Source of the DNA: Ignicoccus pacificus DSM 13166
GTDB lineage: Archaea > Thermoproteota > Thermoprotei_A > Sulfolobales > Ignicoccaceae
Length of the DNA: 32,000 nucleotides
NCBI GenBank assembly: GCA_025340205.1
Contig: CP006868.1
Coordinates: forward strand, 210,001-242,000
Direction of reading: 5' to 3'
A model generated the notes under the pieces. It was not told the origin of the DNA. It saw only the letters and a program-made list of their open reading frames with translations, and ran no database searches. Each line of letters begins with the position of its first letter. Within the stretch, counting starts at the first letter, position 1. This document shows positions 1-7,915 of the stretch, piece after piece. The position numbers were made by a program, and so were the translations under genes.

Positions 1-98
1 TTGGGGAAGCCACAAGGTGCTGATCTTGATACCTTAAACGTGCTTTGGCTAACGATTTAGTGATAAAAATTATGCAATTACCCTTCTGACATTTTCTC

Positions 99-206
99 CT
101 TTCTTTATCACCATCATGATTTCTTTGTTGTTCATTGTTTGTTCATTGTTCTTACTTCAAATAACTTCTACAATGAACCATTTCTCTATCCACAACTATA
201 TTTCAT
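99..206 (-). repeat. Two degenerate CRISPR-repeat relics (about 99-124 and 181-206) at the leader-distal end of the array
   Basis: CTTTCTTTATCACCATCATGATTTCT and TTTCTCTATCCACAACTATATTTC keep the CTTTCT...TCAC...T core. The 181 copy sits one 67-nt period before repeat 1. Identity to the consensus is only about 60 percent by eye. Confidence 0.3.
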
Positions 207-247
207 TTACGCTCTTTACGTTAGCTAGGAGATGTGAAGGATTTTTG

Positions 248-893
248 CTTTCTATTCACTATTGTAACTCTCCGTGACTATTACTATCCCTCAGAGTTCG
301 AGGACTTCGTAAAGACTTTCTATTCACTCTTGTAACTCTCCCTCCTAATATTTGACAAAAGCTTGACACTGATCAGCGTTCAACTTTCTATTCACTATTG
401 TAACTTCTCAAGTGGGGCAAGTACTCGGGCCTTCCGTTGGATAGAATTGCCTTTCTATTCACTATTGTAACTTCTCATTTCCTGAAAAGTGCATGTGCGA
501 CATCCTAATGTACGCTTTCTATTCACTATTGTAACTTCTCTCACACCCGACAGCTTCGAGAGGTGGCAGTTAGCCGATAGGACTTTCTATTCACTATTGT
601 AACTTCTCGAGGTGGAAGGGATGAAGGAAGGGAAGAGAATTGAAAAGTATGTAATAACTTTCTATTCACTATTGTAACTTCTCATCAACGATCCTAGGTT
701 CATTGATTGTAAGATCCTCTCCTATCTTTCTATTCACTATTGTAACTTCTCTTTATCCTCGGCGATCGCTATCCCGGCCGAGGGAAGATAATACATCTTT
801 CTATTCACTATTGTAACTCTTCTAATAGCCGGATTTCTCATTGGAGGAATAGTCGGTGCTCTGCTAGCTTTCTATTCACTATTGTGACTCTTC
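248..893 (-). CRISPR. CRISPR array with 10 repeats of 26 nt (+ strand consensus CTTTCTATTCACTATTGTAACTTCTC) and 9 unique spacers of 38-49 nt
   Basis: Read directly. Repeats start at 248, 316, 384, 451, 515, 583, 658, 726, 797 and 868, with a period of 64-75 nt. All spacers differ. The minus orientation is inferred because the reverse complement ends in AATAGAAAG, like the crenarchaeal ATTGAAAG 8-nt crRNA tag, and because degenerate repeats lie at the low-coordinate end. Confidence 0.95.
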
Positions 894-1030
894 CCAGCCC
901 CTCCTATTTAACTAGCCCTTCCTTTCACTAATAAGCCATTCCTTTCCCACTGCCTTGATTTGGTTACTTTATTAACTTTGAATACTTAAGCTTTCATGAG
1001 AACAGTTTTGCTCTACTTTAATCAATTAGA
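894..1030 (-). promoter_or_regulatory. Putative CRISPR leader, with a TATA-like element (minus-strand TTAAATAG at about 907-916) and a conserved 19-mer at 1005-1023
   Basis: This is an AT-rich non-coding stretch next to the best-conserved end of the array. A TATA-like box lies about 15-20 nt from the first repeat. The 19-mer GTTTTGCTCTACTTTAATC recurs at 6416-6434. Confidence 0.4.
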
Positions 1031-1360
1031 ATTACCTAACTGAAACTAATGGTCAAACAAAAGAGTTCATTATCATCGGCGTTCCCATGTATGTGCTAAT
1101 GGAAAGAATTGCTTGGTCTTCAAATGAATTGAAGAATTCATATTCAAAGGCGAATAGTGCTCAAGGTAAAGGGAAGAAAGGAGACCATAAATGTTCTGAA
1201 GTGTGCTCATGGAGAAGTGTAAATAATAAGGAACGAGAGTAGTGATGGGGATTTATGGAAGTGATTGACTTGGAAGGAAATAGAGAAGAGACTTCAGATT
1301 CGATGCTAGAAAGCTAAAGGATTCGGAAAGTCGAGAAGAAACAAAATGGGAGCGCAAGGA

Positions 1361-1855
1361 TTACTTCAACTTGAGCTCGAACTCGCAGTAAGGATCTCCC
1401 TTAGCTAGACATTTGACTTCCTTCCCATCTACCTTCCTCCCCCAAGCCTCCTCCAACCATCCAGCGATGAAGCCAACTACGGGAGCATCTACCGGTTTCT
1501 TTCTCCTCTCTTCCGAAAGCTTGGCACCCAACAAGGTTCCCCAAGCCCTTATCACTATCTTCTTCTCATTTCTCTCAACTATTTCCATTCTATCAGCGTA
1601 TCCACTCTTCTCGATTGTGTATATCAAGGCTTCCAGAGCGTGCTCCGGCGTTATGAGGCCTCTTTCTATGACATTCTTTACCATACTCTTTCCCGCCTTC
1701 TTGGCGACGTTGTAAAGTAGACCTCCGGCGAACATCATGACTTTCTCGAAGCCCTTGTAGAGGTCCGCGATAACGTCCTTAGCTATGAGGATGCTTTCAT
1801 TCTCTATGGCTTCCTGGAGTTTTGAAAGTTCGTCCTCGCTAAGAGATGAGGTCAC
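1361..1855 (-). CDS. V4R (4-vinyl reductase) domain protein
   Basis: 164-aa ORF. The C-terminal KGDPYCEFELK motif and the overall length are typical of V4R small-molecule-binding domain proteins. Confidence 0.7.
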   Translation of the reverse strand: MTSSLSEDELSKLQEAIENESILIAKDVIADLYKGFEKVMMFAGGLLYNVAKKAGKSMVKNVIERGLITPEHALEALIYTIEKSGYADRMEIVERNEKKIVIRAWGTLLGAKLSEERRKKPVDAPVVGFIAGWLEEAWGRKVDGKEVKCLAKGDPYCEFELKLK

Positions 1856-1997
1856 AAACTCACCGTGTCTCCTTCAAGGAGGATATCTAAATTTTCAATT
1901 CTTAAATGAAAAATAAAAGGAATACCAAGAAGACTATGTACTAATAGCTCAGAGGAACACCCTCACACGGTGAAGAGCCTTCCGTCAGCTTAAGGCC

Positions 1998-3236
1998 GTG
2001 TTAATAGTCGGTGACGGAATGGGAGATAGACCCGTCCCTTCCCTAGGCTTTAAGACGCCCCTCCAAGTTGCTTCTACGCCGAACTTGGATGAGATGGCGA
2101 GAAGGGGACAAGCTGGCCTAATCAACATCATCGCTCCCGGCATACCTCCCGGAAGCGACACTGCCCACATCTCACTCTTCGGCTTGAATCCCTACGAGTG
2201 GTACGAGGGGAGGGGCCCCTTCGAGGCCATGGGCGTGGGAGCGGAGCTCGAGAAAGGCGACGTCGCCCTTAGAGGAAACTTCGCTACTGTGGAGGAGAGA
2301 AACGGAAAGCTCATCGTCGTTGACAGGAGGGCGGGAAGAAAGGTTCCAGAAGCGGAGGAGCTGGTAAAGACCTTAAATGAAAAACTCGGGAAGGTGGAGG
2401 ACGTAGAGGTCAGGTTTTATCATGCAACAGAGCACCGATTGGCCGTAGTTCTCCACGGTCCTGACCTAGATGACAAAGTCACCGATACTGATCCCCATGA
2501 AGTTGGAAAGCCAGTAGCCGAATCTAAGCCCTTAGATCCCAACGATCCCAAAGCGGTTAAGACCGCCAAGATACTCAATGAAATAACCTTGAGGAGCTAT
2601 CAAGTTCTCAAGGATCATCCAGCTAACAAGGAGAGGGTCAAGAAGGGACTTCCCCCGGCAAACATAGTGCTCTTGAGAGGGGCTGGGATGCTCAGGAAGC
2701 CCTTGCCTAAGCTACAAGAGAGGTATGGGATAAGGGCAGCGGCAGTAGGAGCTACAGCTTTAGTTCTAGGAGTTGCCAAGGCCGTTGGAATGGACGTTTA
2801 CATACCGAAAGGCGCTACCGGCGGAATAGATACCGACTACAAAGCCAAGGCGAGGAAGGCCGTGGAGTTGCTAAAGGACTACGACTTCGTCTTCGTTCAT
2901 TTGAAGGGAACGGATGCCGCTTCTCACGATGGCTTGGTCGAAGCCAAGGTGAAGATGGTGGAGGCTCTGGACTACATCGCTGGCTACTTGTTAGATTACT
3001 ACGACGGAGAGGCAGTCTTCGTCGTAACTCCTGACCACGCTACTCCTCTCACCGTTAAGGAACACACGGGAGATCCCGTTCCAGCACTGATCTACGGACC
3101 TACCATGATTCCCGACGACGTAAAGGAGTACAATGAAGTCTCAGTGAGGGGAGGAGCGCTACAAGGAATTACCGGAAGGGACCTCTTCCACTTGCTATTG
3201 AACTATGCTAATAGGATGAAGAAGTTCGGAGCTTAG
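1998..3236 (+). CDS. apgM: 2,3-bisphosphoglycerate-independent phosphoglycerate mutase, archaeal ApgM type
   Basis: 412 aa with a GTG start. The N-terminal LIVGDGMGDRP, the HLKGTDAASHDG and TPDHATP metal-site motifs, and the length all match archaeal ApgM. Confidence 0.9.
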   Translation: MLIVGDGMGDRPVPSLGFKTPLQVASTPNLDEMARRGQAGLINIIAPGIPPGSDTAHISLFGLNPYEWYEGRGPFEAMGVGAELEKGDVALRGNFATVEERNGKLIVVDRRAGRKVPEAEELVKTLNEKLGKVEDVEVRFYHATEHRLAVVLHGPDLDDKVTDTDPHEVGKPVAESKPLDPNDPKAVKTAKILNEITLRSYQVLKDHPANKERVKKGLPPANIVLLRGAGMLRKPLPKLQERYGIRAAAVGATALVLGVAKAVGMDVYIPKGATGGIDTDYKAKARKAVELLKDYDFVFVHLKGTDAASHDGLVEAKVKMVEALDYIAGYLLDYYDGEAVFVVTPDHATPLTVKEHTGDPVPALIYGPTMIPDDVKEYNEVSVRGGALQGITGRDLFHLLLNYANRMKKFGA

Positions 3237-3281
3237 TCCCATCTTTTAACAATAACTAATTCAAAATATCATAGGGAGACC

Positions 3282-3695
3282 TTGAAACTCCATCGGAAGC
3301 TAAAGGAAAGGGCCGAGAAGTTCTTGGTGGAGGCGGAAGAAGATCTAAGTAGAGGATGGGAAGATATAGCATCATTTCACTCGGAACAAGCGTTGCAGCT
3401 CTACCTGAAGTCACTGTTGAGTAGGTTTTACAGCGAACCTCCTCGAGGACATGAAGTAAGAAAGCTCTTCGGCGAACTAATCAAGGTGCTTAGGTCTATA
3501 GAAAGGAATGACTTAGCGAAGGAAGTAGAGGACTTTGTTAGAGAGAACAGAGAGGGTTTAGTCGTTCTCGAAGAAGCTTACTTTGCATCGAGGTATTGGG
3601 ACGTAGATATAGATGGAAGAAAGGCCTTAGAGATCGCGAAAAAGGGAATAGAGTTGCTTAAGAGGATAGAGGTGGAACTGTGGAGCACTCCTTGA
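3282..3695 (+). CDS. HEPN domain protein, partner of the downstream nucleotidyltransferase
   Basis: 137 aa with a TTG start. It looks all-helical and carries a C-terminal EEAYFASRY motif typical of classical (PF05168-like) HEPN. It overlaps the MNT gene by 16 nt. Confidence 0.75.
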   Translation: MKLHRKLKERAEKFLVEAEEDLSRGWEDIASFHSEQALQLYLKSLLSRFYSEPPRGHEVRKLFGELIKVLRSIERNDLAKEVEDFVRENREGLVVLEEAYFASRYWDVDIDGRKALEIAKKGIELLKRIEVELWSTP

Positions 3696-4024
3696 AGCTG
3701 ATCGCCGAGGAGTATAAGGAGCTGATGCAGTGGAAGGAATACTTACCCGCGGTGGTGAAAGCGATCAAAGAGGTTTTGCCCAATTCGAGGGTCTATTTGG
3801 TTGGCAGCATAGCTAGGGGTGATTATGACATCACCTCTGACGTAGACGTATTGGTGGTAATTGAAAATGAACCGAGCTTTGAGGAAAGGGTTAAGATAAA
3901 GACTAAGATTTGGGAGAAAATGGACGAGTTGGGAGTTCCTTGGACCTTACCGGTAGAGGTTCACTTGGTAGGACCAGAGAGAGCTAGGGCATACTTCAAA
4001 GAAAGAGTCGTGAGACTGTCTTAG
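3680..4024 (+). CDS. Minimal nucleotidyltransferase (MNT, Pol-beta superfamily)
   Basis: 114 aa. The GSIARGDYDITSDVDVLVV stretch is the GSxxRG...DxD nucleotidyltransferase signature. Confidence 0.85.
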   Translation: MEHSLKLIAEEYKELMQWKEYLPAVVKAIKEVLPNSRVYLVGSIARGDYDITSDVDVLVVIENEPSFEERVKIKTKIWEKMDELGVPWTLPVEVHLVGPERARAYFKERVVRLS

Positions 4025-4067
4025 CTAGTGGGAGCTGAGAATGCAATTGAAGACAACTGTTCTCTGA

Positions 4068-4532
4068 TCATTTACATTTACCACATTTCTTCATGTGTCT
4101 TGAAGACACTCCTTTTGCTATATTTTCTAGAAGTCGTTCACAAGAAGTTTTTATCTTCCTTTCTAATGTGTTGATATCAGAAAACAACCGCACGTAGCCC
4201 TCTGTGCTCTTCTCATCAAGGATGTAAACTGGAATTACACGCTGACATATTTTTGATCCTTTTACACACTTGTATACATAAAAGCTAACGTGAATCCTTT
4301 CTGGAGGCTTCCCTTGAGGTAAGGTTAAGTGCAATTCTACCCCGTCTGCGCCGTATTTCCTCGCTAACTGAATCAATGAGGGCATTAGGTTTTCTTCAGT
4401 TCTATAAATTAATAGATTTGTGCCATCGCGAGTCGTTATTATTTCATCAGGAACGCCGAAGATGAATTTCCCGAGAGCGGTTTTCAAAAAATTTGAAACA
4501 AATTCGAAATTATATTGGTTGTCTTTAGACAT
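4068..4532 (-). CDS. Hypothetical protein (154 aa) with a Cys-containing C-terminus (KKCGKCK); no family recognised
   Basis: Intact ORF with an ATG start preceded by GGTGG (SD-like). It lies 15 nt downstream of the 72-aa ORF on the same strand. Confidence 0.6.
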   Translation of the reverse strand: MSKDNQYNFEFVSNFLKTALGKFIFGVPDEIITTRDGTNLLIYRTEENLMPSLIQLARKYGADGVELHLTLPQGKPPERIHVSFYVYKCVKGSKICQRVIPVYILDEKSTEGYVRLFSDINTLERKIKTSCERLLENIAKGVSSRHMKKCGKCK

Positions 4533-4547
4533 GTTAGGTCCACCACG

Positions 4548-4766
4548 TTATATCAGCTTCACTTGTTTCACAGCCTTCCCTACCGCGCTCTCTAGTGCGT
4601 CTTCTATTTCCTTTAAATTGGTAGAGGTTACACGAGTTACGAACGTAGCACCGAAGAAGCCGGGCTTCCTGATGATCCAATCATCAGCCTTTTTGTCATA
4701 TACTAGCTCATAATCCTCGATTTTGCCGTCTGCCCAACGAACCTTTATTTTGTATTTGGTCTTCAC
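4548..4766 (-). CDS. Hypothetical small protein (72 aa); no family recognised
   Basis: Intact ORF with a GTG start. It is the first gene of a two-gene minus-strand cassette, and an AT-rich promoter-like region lies upstream at 4767-4850. Confidence 0.5.
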   Translation of the reverse strand: MKTKYKIKVRWADGKIEDYELVYDKKADDWIIRKPGFFGATFVTRVTSTNLKEIEDALESAVGKAVKQVKLI

Positions 4767-5577
4767 GGCATTGCACCTTCTTCGCGCTTAATTCTATGAG
4801 AACAACTAATTGTTTTTCTCTAAATTTCAGATATTTCTCTACTTTAAGTGGATAGAGAATAAAATTGATTTTGTTTTATTGATTTAAAATTTGAAAGTTT
4901 GATTTTTAAAGTAGTTTCAAAGACAAAGATAATGAATGATTTTAAAACACACTCTGATATAGATATATAGGAAGCCCCTTTTTATAAAGGATTATCTATC
5001 TGTATGACAATAGTTGCTACTGTTCAAATAAAAACAGAGGATGATTACGAATTCCGAGAATGAAAATGAATGGACAGAGCGTTAAATTCATCATTACTAT
5101 CTATCTATTAAAAGAGATAGACTCTCCCTCTTGCAAAACGTTTGGTGAAGTAAGTGTTTCCAATGCTACACATAAGGAAGCTGTAGAGGAGTTCAGCCGC
5201 TAGGTGTGCTTAAGTCAGGAAAGATGCTATGGGTAAAGGTAGTATTAAAGACATTTGATACTCGTGTCCTCACAGCTCACTAAAATAGAACTATATCTGT
5301 TATGTGGATTGGTGCATGACCTACTCAAGATAAACTCTAAATACATTCAATACGTCCCGATACAAACTAGGAAAACTAGAATTTGATGAAGACATAATTA
5401 CTTATATGGGGCTAAAGTTGTCGAAGTCAATCAAAGTTATGAAACTAATTATGAATTCGAGATAGTCGAACAGAAGACGTTTAGAGGGTTCCGAGAGGAA
5501 AGCGATAAATTCAAGCCCTCTATAAAGGAAAATATAGTTGAAACTCTCACGAAGGAAAGGAGGTAGTAACTGAGAGT

Positions 5578-5971
5578 ATGTTGATGAATATAGCCGTTAA
5601 TATGAGTGTTTTCGCCGATTATTTTATACCCATATGAAATAAATCCCAAAAGGACATGAAGTAGCGAGAGACATTCCCAATAAGCTATCGGACTTGGACT
5701 CATTAGTCTATGAACTATTCTTGTTTAGAGTAGAACTTCGAGCGATATTGATCAAGAAGATCAGACCAAGGATGTCTTGAAGTTATTAGAGGTTACATTA
5801 AATTATGTAAAACATAATAGGAGAGAAGCTATTACACGAAGAGCGTCAAGGGTAGCTCTACTTACTGGTTGCGGAACTATAGACGTTTACTGTATAGCAA
5901 CAGCCGAACGTATCAATGGAATCTTAATAGTTAACGATAAGATTATAAAAATACCTTACGGGTTGCTGTAG
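5578..5971 (+). pseudogene. PIN-domain (VapC-like) toxin gene relic with at least two frameshifts
   Basis: Three consecutive reading-frame pieces add up to about 130 codons. They are 5578-5637 (MLMNIAVNMSVFADYFIPI), 5643-5780 (...SLVYELFLFRVE...) and 5777-5971 (...GTIDVYCIATAERINGILIVNDKIIKIPYGLL). The last piece resembles a PIN C-terminus (D..iaAtA...lvT.D). A start-less roughly 58-codon frame ends 11 nt upstream at 5566, where a VapB gene would sit. Confidence 0.4.
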
Positions 5972-6669
5972 AGGCTTAATATTTACTTGATGGAATGTAT
6001 TATAAAGCACTAATGAAGAGAATAATACACTTAACATAATGTGGATGTGGAAGCTCAGTGCCCTAATACTAACTAAATGAGGATCTATTTGAGGATCAAG
6101 GAAATTTGTTTGCTTGCTTCAAGGTAAAGAGAACTAAAGTTCGTTTTAAAGTCTATTATTTGCTTGGACCGAAGGAAAAAATGGATGGGGAGAATCGGGG
6201 AAGTTCATGAGGAACTAAACTGCCTTTTAATTATCTTGTCTTCTTGCATGTAATCTTAGTCCCATTAGTTCCTCACTTCCAAGTTCATCGACGTTGAAGC
6301 TGGGGGTCTTAGTGAAGAGTAGTTACGAAAGCAAACGGGTATGTACAATGCTGTTTTGAAGTTTTGTACACAAGCTTGATAGCTACTTGGGAGTGAAGCC
6401 TTATTCAAGGCAATTGTTTTGCTCTACTTTGATCTTGAGTATTTATTGAGATAGGTTAAAGTTGAACAACTTGTAAATTACGTTTGCTTTAACTATGTAG
6501 TTCGAATGTGATGAAGAAGTTTCTAAGAAGTTCGTTGAGTTGTTGATTAAGTTCAAGAGGAATAGTGAAATGAAAACGAGTTGACGAGGTGTGGGAGTAA
6601 GTGGGGCTCTGAAGAAATAGCTTCGTTCAACTCTGCTTTCTGATTATCCTAAGGGAGCTAGGGAGCATT

Positions 6670-6745
6670 GGCGGGCGGGGATGATGAGGACCCCCGTTGG
6701 AGATAGGTGATCGGCGGTTGACTCTCTGATCCCGACCCGCCCGCC
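6670..6745 (+). ncRNA. C/D box sRNA (2'-O-methylation guide) with a GC-rich terminal stem
   Basis: The elements are: C box ATGATGA (6681-6687), 12-nt guide GGACCCCCGTTG, D' GAGA (6700-6703), C' GTGATCG (6707-6713), 12-nt guide GCGGTTGACTCT and D box CTGA (6726-6729). It is flanked by GGCGGGCGGG (6670-6679), which pairs with CCCGCCCGCC (6736-6745). It forms a GC-rich islet in AT-rich non-coding DNA. Confidence 0.6.
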
Positions 6746-6787
6746 TTCGTGGAGAAAAAGCGGTTTTGGGATTAATTAACGCAGGTT

Positions 6788-7819
6788 CTACCTTATCACA
6801 GTCGTGGTTACCACTAGAGTCTTTGTTACGTAGATAACCTTAGTGGTCGTTACAACTACAGTCTTAGTGAGAGTGATAGAAGATGCTGTGAAAGGTAATA
6901 CAAACGCAAAAGGTTCGATTGGAGCGTATTTGCGGACGCGAATCCAATCTATTAGTAATCCTCCTCTTCTGAATTCAGAGAAACCTATTCGGAAAGGAGC
7001 TTGTATGATATGATCGATATCTATCATGAACTCTTGTTTGAAGCCGGATAACGATGATTTTCTAAGGATCAACAGTCTATTCTTTTGAATTGTGATACTA
7101 TAATATACTCTTTCGAAGGGTTTCCACTGTACCCTGTAGTCGGCCAGCCACTCATTTTTATTACCATGTTTGATGAAAATATCTGGATCGAAGCCATATG
7201 GTCAGGTTTCATGTTGTATGCCTAAGTGATAAGGTAATAAAGGATCTCTAACTAGAAGTATTGTACCACCAACATTAGCTTTTCGACTAGTAACATCCAT
7301 TTCGATAATGTTATTTGGATATATGTAATAGACACTGTAGATGTAGTTATTACCACCGAAGGGAACCGATTCTACTTGCGGTTCGAGTAAGAATGAGTTG
7401 CCTAGCTTATATACTTGAGCATATATAGTTCTGGCCCATTTGCTTTCATCCAAATACCCTTCATTAAAATCATCATAGAAATCAAACACCTTATCCCCTT
7501 TCACCGCCCCATTTACCCCAACCTCAATGACAAGCTTTGTGTCCCCATTTGCTGGAATGCTCGGAATCTTCACCCAAATGTACTCATCTCCTTGAGCTGG
7601 ATCCGTGGTACATTCCCCAGTCAGCGTCTCGTAGCAGAAGGGAACGAGATTTCCGCTCGTGTCCTTAATAGTTATCGCTTGTCCTTGAAGGCTTGAAGGA
7701 AGTTTCGCTCTAACTTGGAAGTCCGTTAGAGCTTGTGAGTTTGGGTTGTGTACGATCATTAGGTAGCTCTGAGCAAACGCCAATGAAACCAGTAGCAAGG
7801 ATAGGGCTATTGCCTTCAC
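6788..7819 (-). pseudogene. Secreted DUF2341/LamG-like surface protein gene interrupted by one in-frame TGA (7202-7204)
   Basis: Track ORFs 7202..7819 and 6788..7072 are in the same frame. The 43 codons between them (7073-7201) are open, so one TGA splits a 343-codon gene. It has a signal peptide (MKAIALSLLLVSLAFAQS), an FDFYDDFNEG...LLIDWIRVRKYAPIEP pattern typical of DUF2341/LamG, and a Thr/Val-rich C-terminus. Confidence 0.75.
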
Positions 7820-7915
7820 CCTTACACCGTGCTATAATATAGAGCTAGAGCTTAAGGAGTTTCATGAAGGGATTTCAGAAACGGAACCCGAAGGCTTCCT
7901 TATGTCCTTGAGCAC

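Noticed and set aside
130-150. Tandem duplication GTTCATTGTT-T-GTTCATTGTT.
   Set aside because: There are only two copies in low-complexity T-rich DNA between degenerate CRISPR repeats. It is probably slippage in a decayed spacer with no further structure.
1242-1300. C/D-like pattern GTGATGG-N12-GTGA downstream of the CRISPR leader.
   Set aside because: The C box is imperfect (the final A is missing), no CTGA D box lies at the right distance, and there is no terminal pairing.
4068-4766. The orphan cassette read as small cas genes (for example cas2 or csa-like) belonging to the nearby array.
   Set aside because: I recognise no Cas2, Cas4 or Csa motifs. The genes are 3 kb from the array, on the far side of core genes and in compositionally different DNA.
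4860-4910. Repeated TTGATTT words, which could have been a replication origin or DUE-like element.
   Set aside because: No ORB or mini-ORB-like inverted repeats are present, and there is no adjacent cdc6/orc1 gene. Word repetition is expected in DNA this AT-rich.
5449-5703. 84-aa minus-strand ORF in the AT-rich island.
   Set aside because: Its composition is low-complexity and it has no start context. It lies antisense to the PIN and antitoxin relic frames, which explain the region better.
1005-6434. The 19-mer pair read as attL/attR direct repeats flanking a 5.4-kb insertion.
   Set aside because: The interval contains apgM, a GC-normal core glycolytic gene, together with the V4R gene. Related motif copies also occur inside the interval at 4808-4848. 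A regulatory or leader-derived motif fits better.
6508-6612. Second C/D box sRNA candidate: GTGATGA at 6508-6514 and CTGA at 6609-6612.
   Set aside because: The boxes are about 95 nt apart, I see no D' or C' with 12-nt spacing, and there is no terminal stem.
7202-7204. In-frame TGA read as selenocysteine.
   Set aside because: No SECIS-like structure is evident, the context suggests Trp (TGG) at this position, and selenoprotein machinery is not known in Crenarchaeota. A nonsense mutation or readthrough is more parsimonious.
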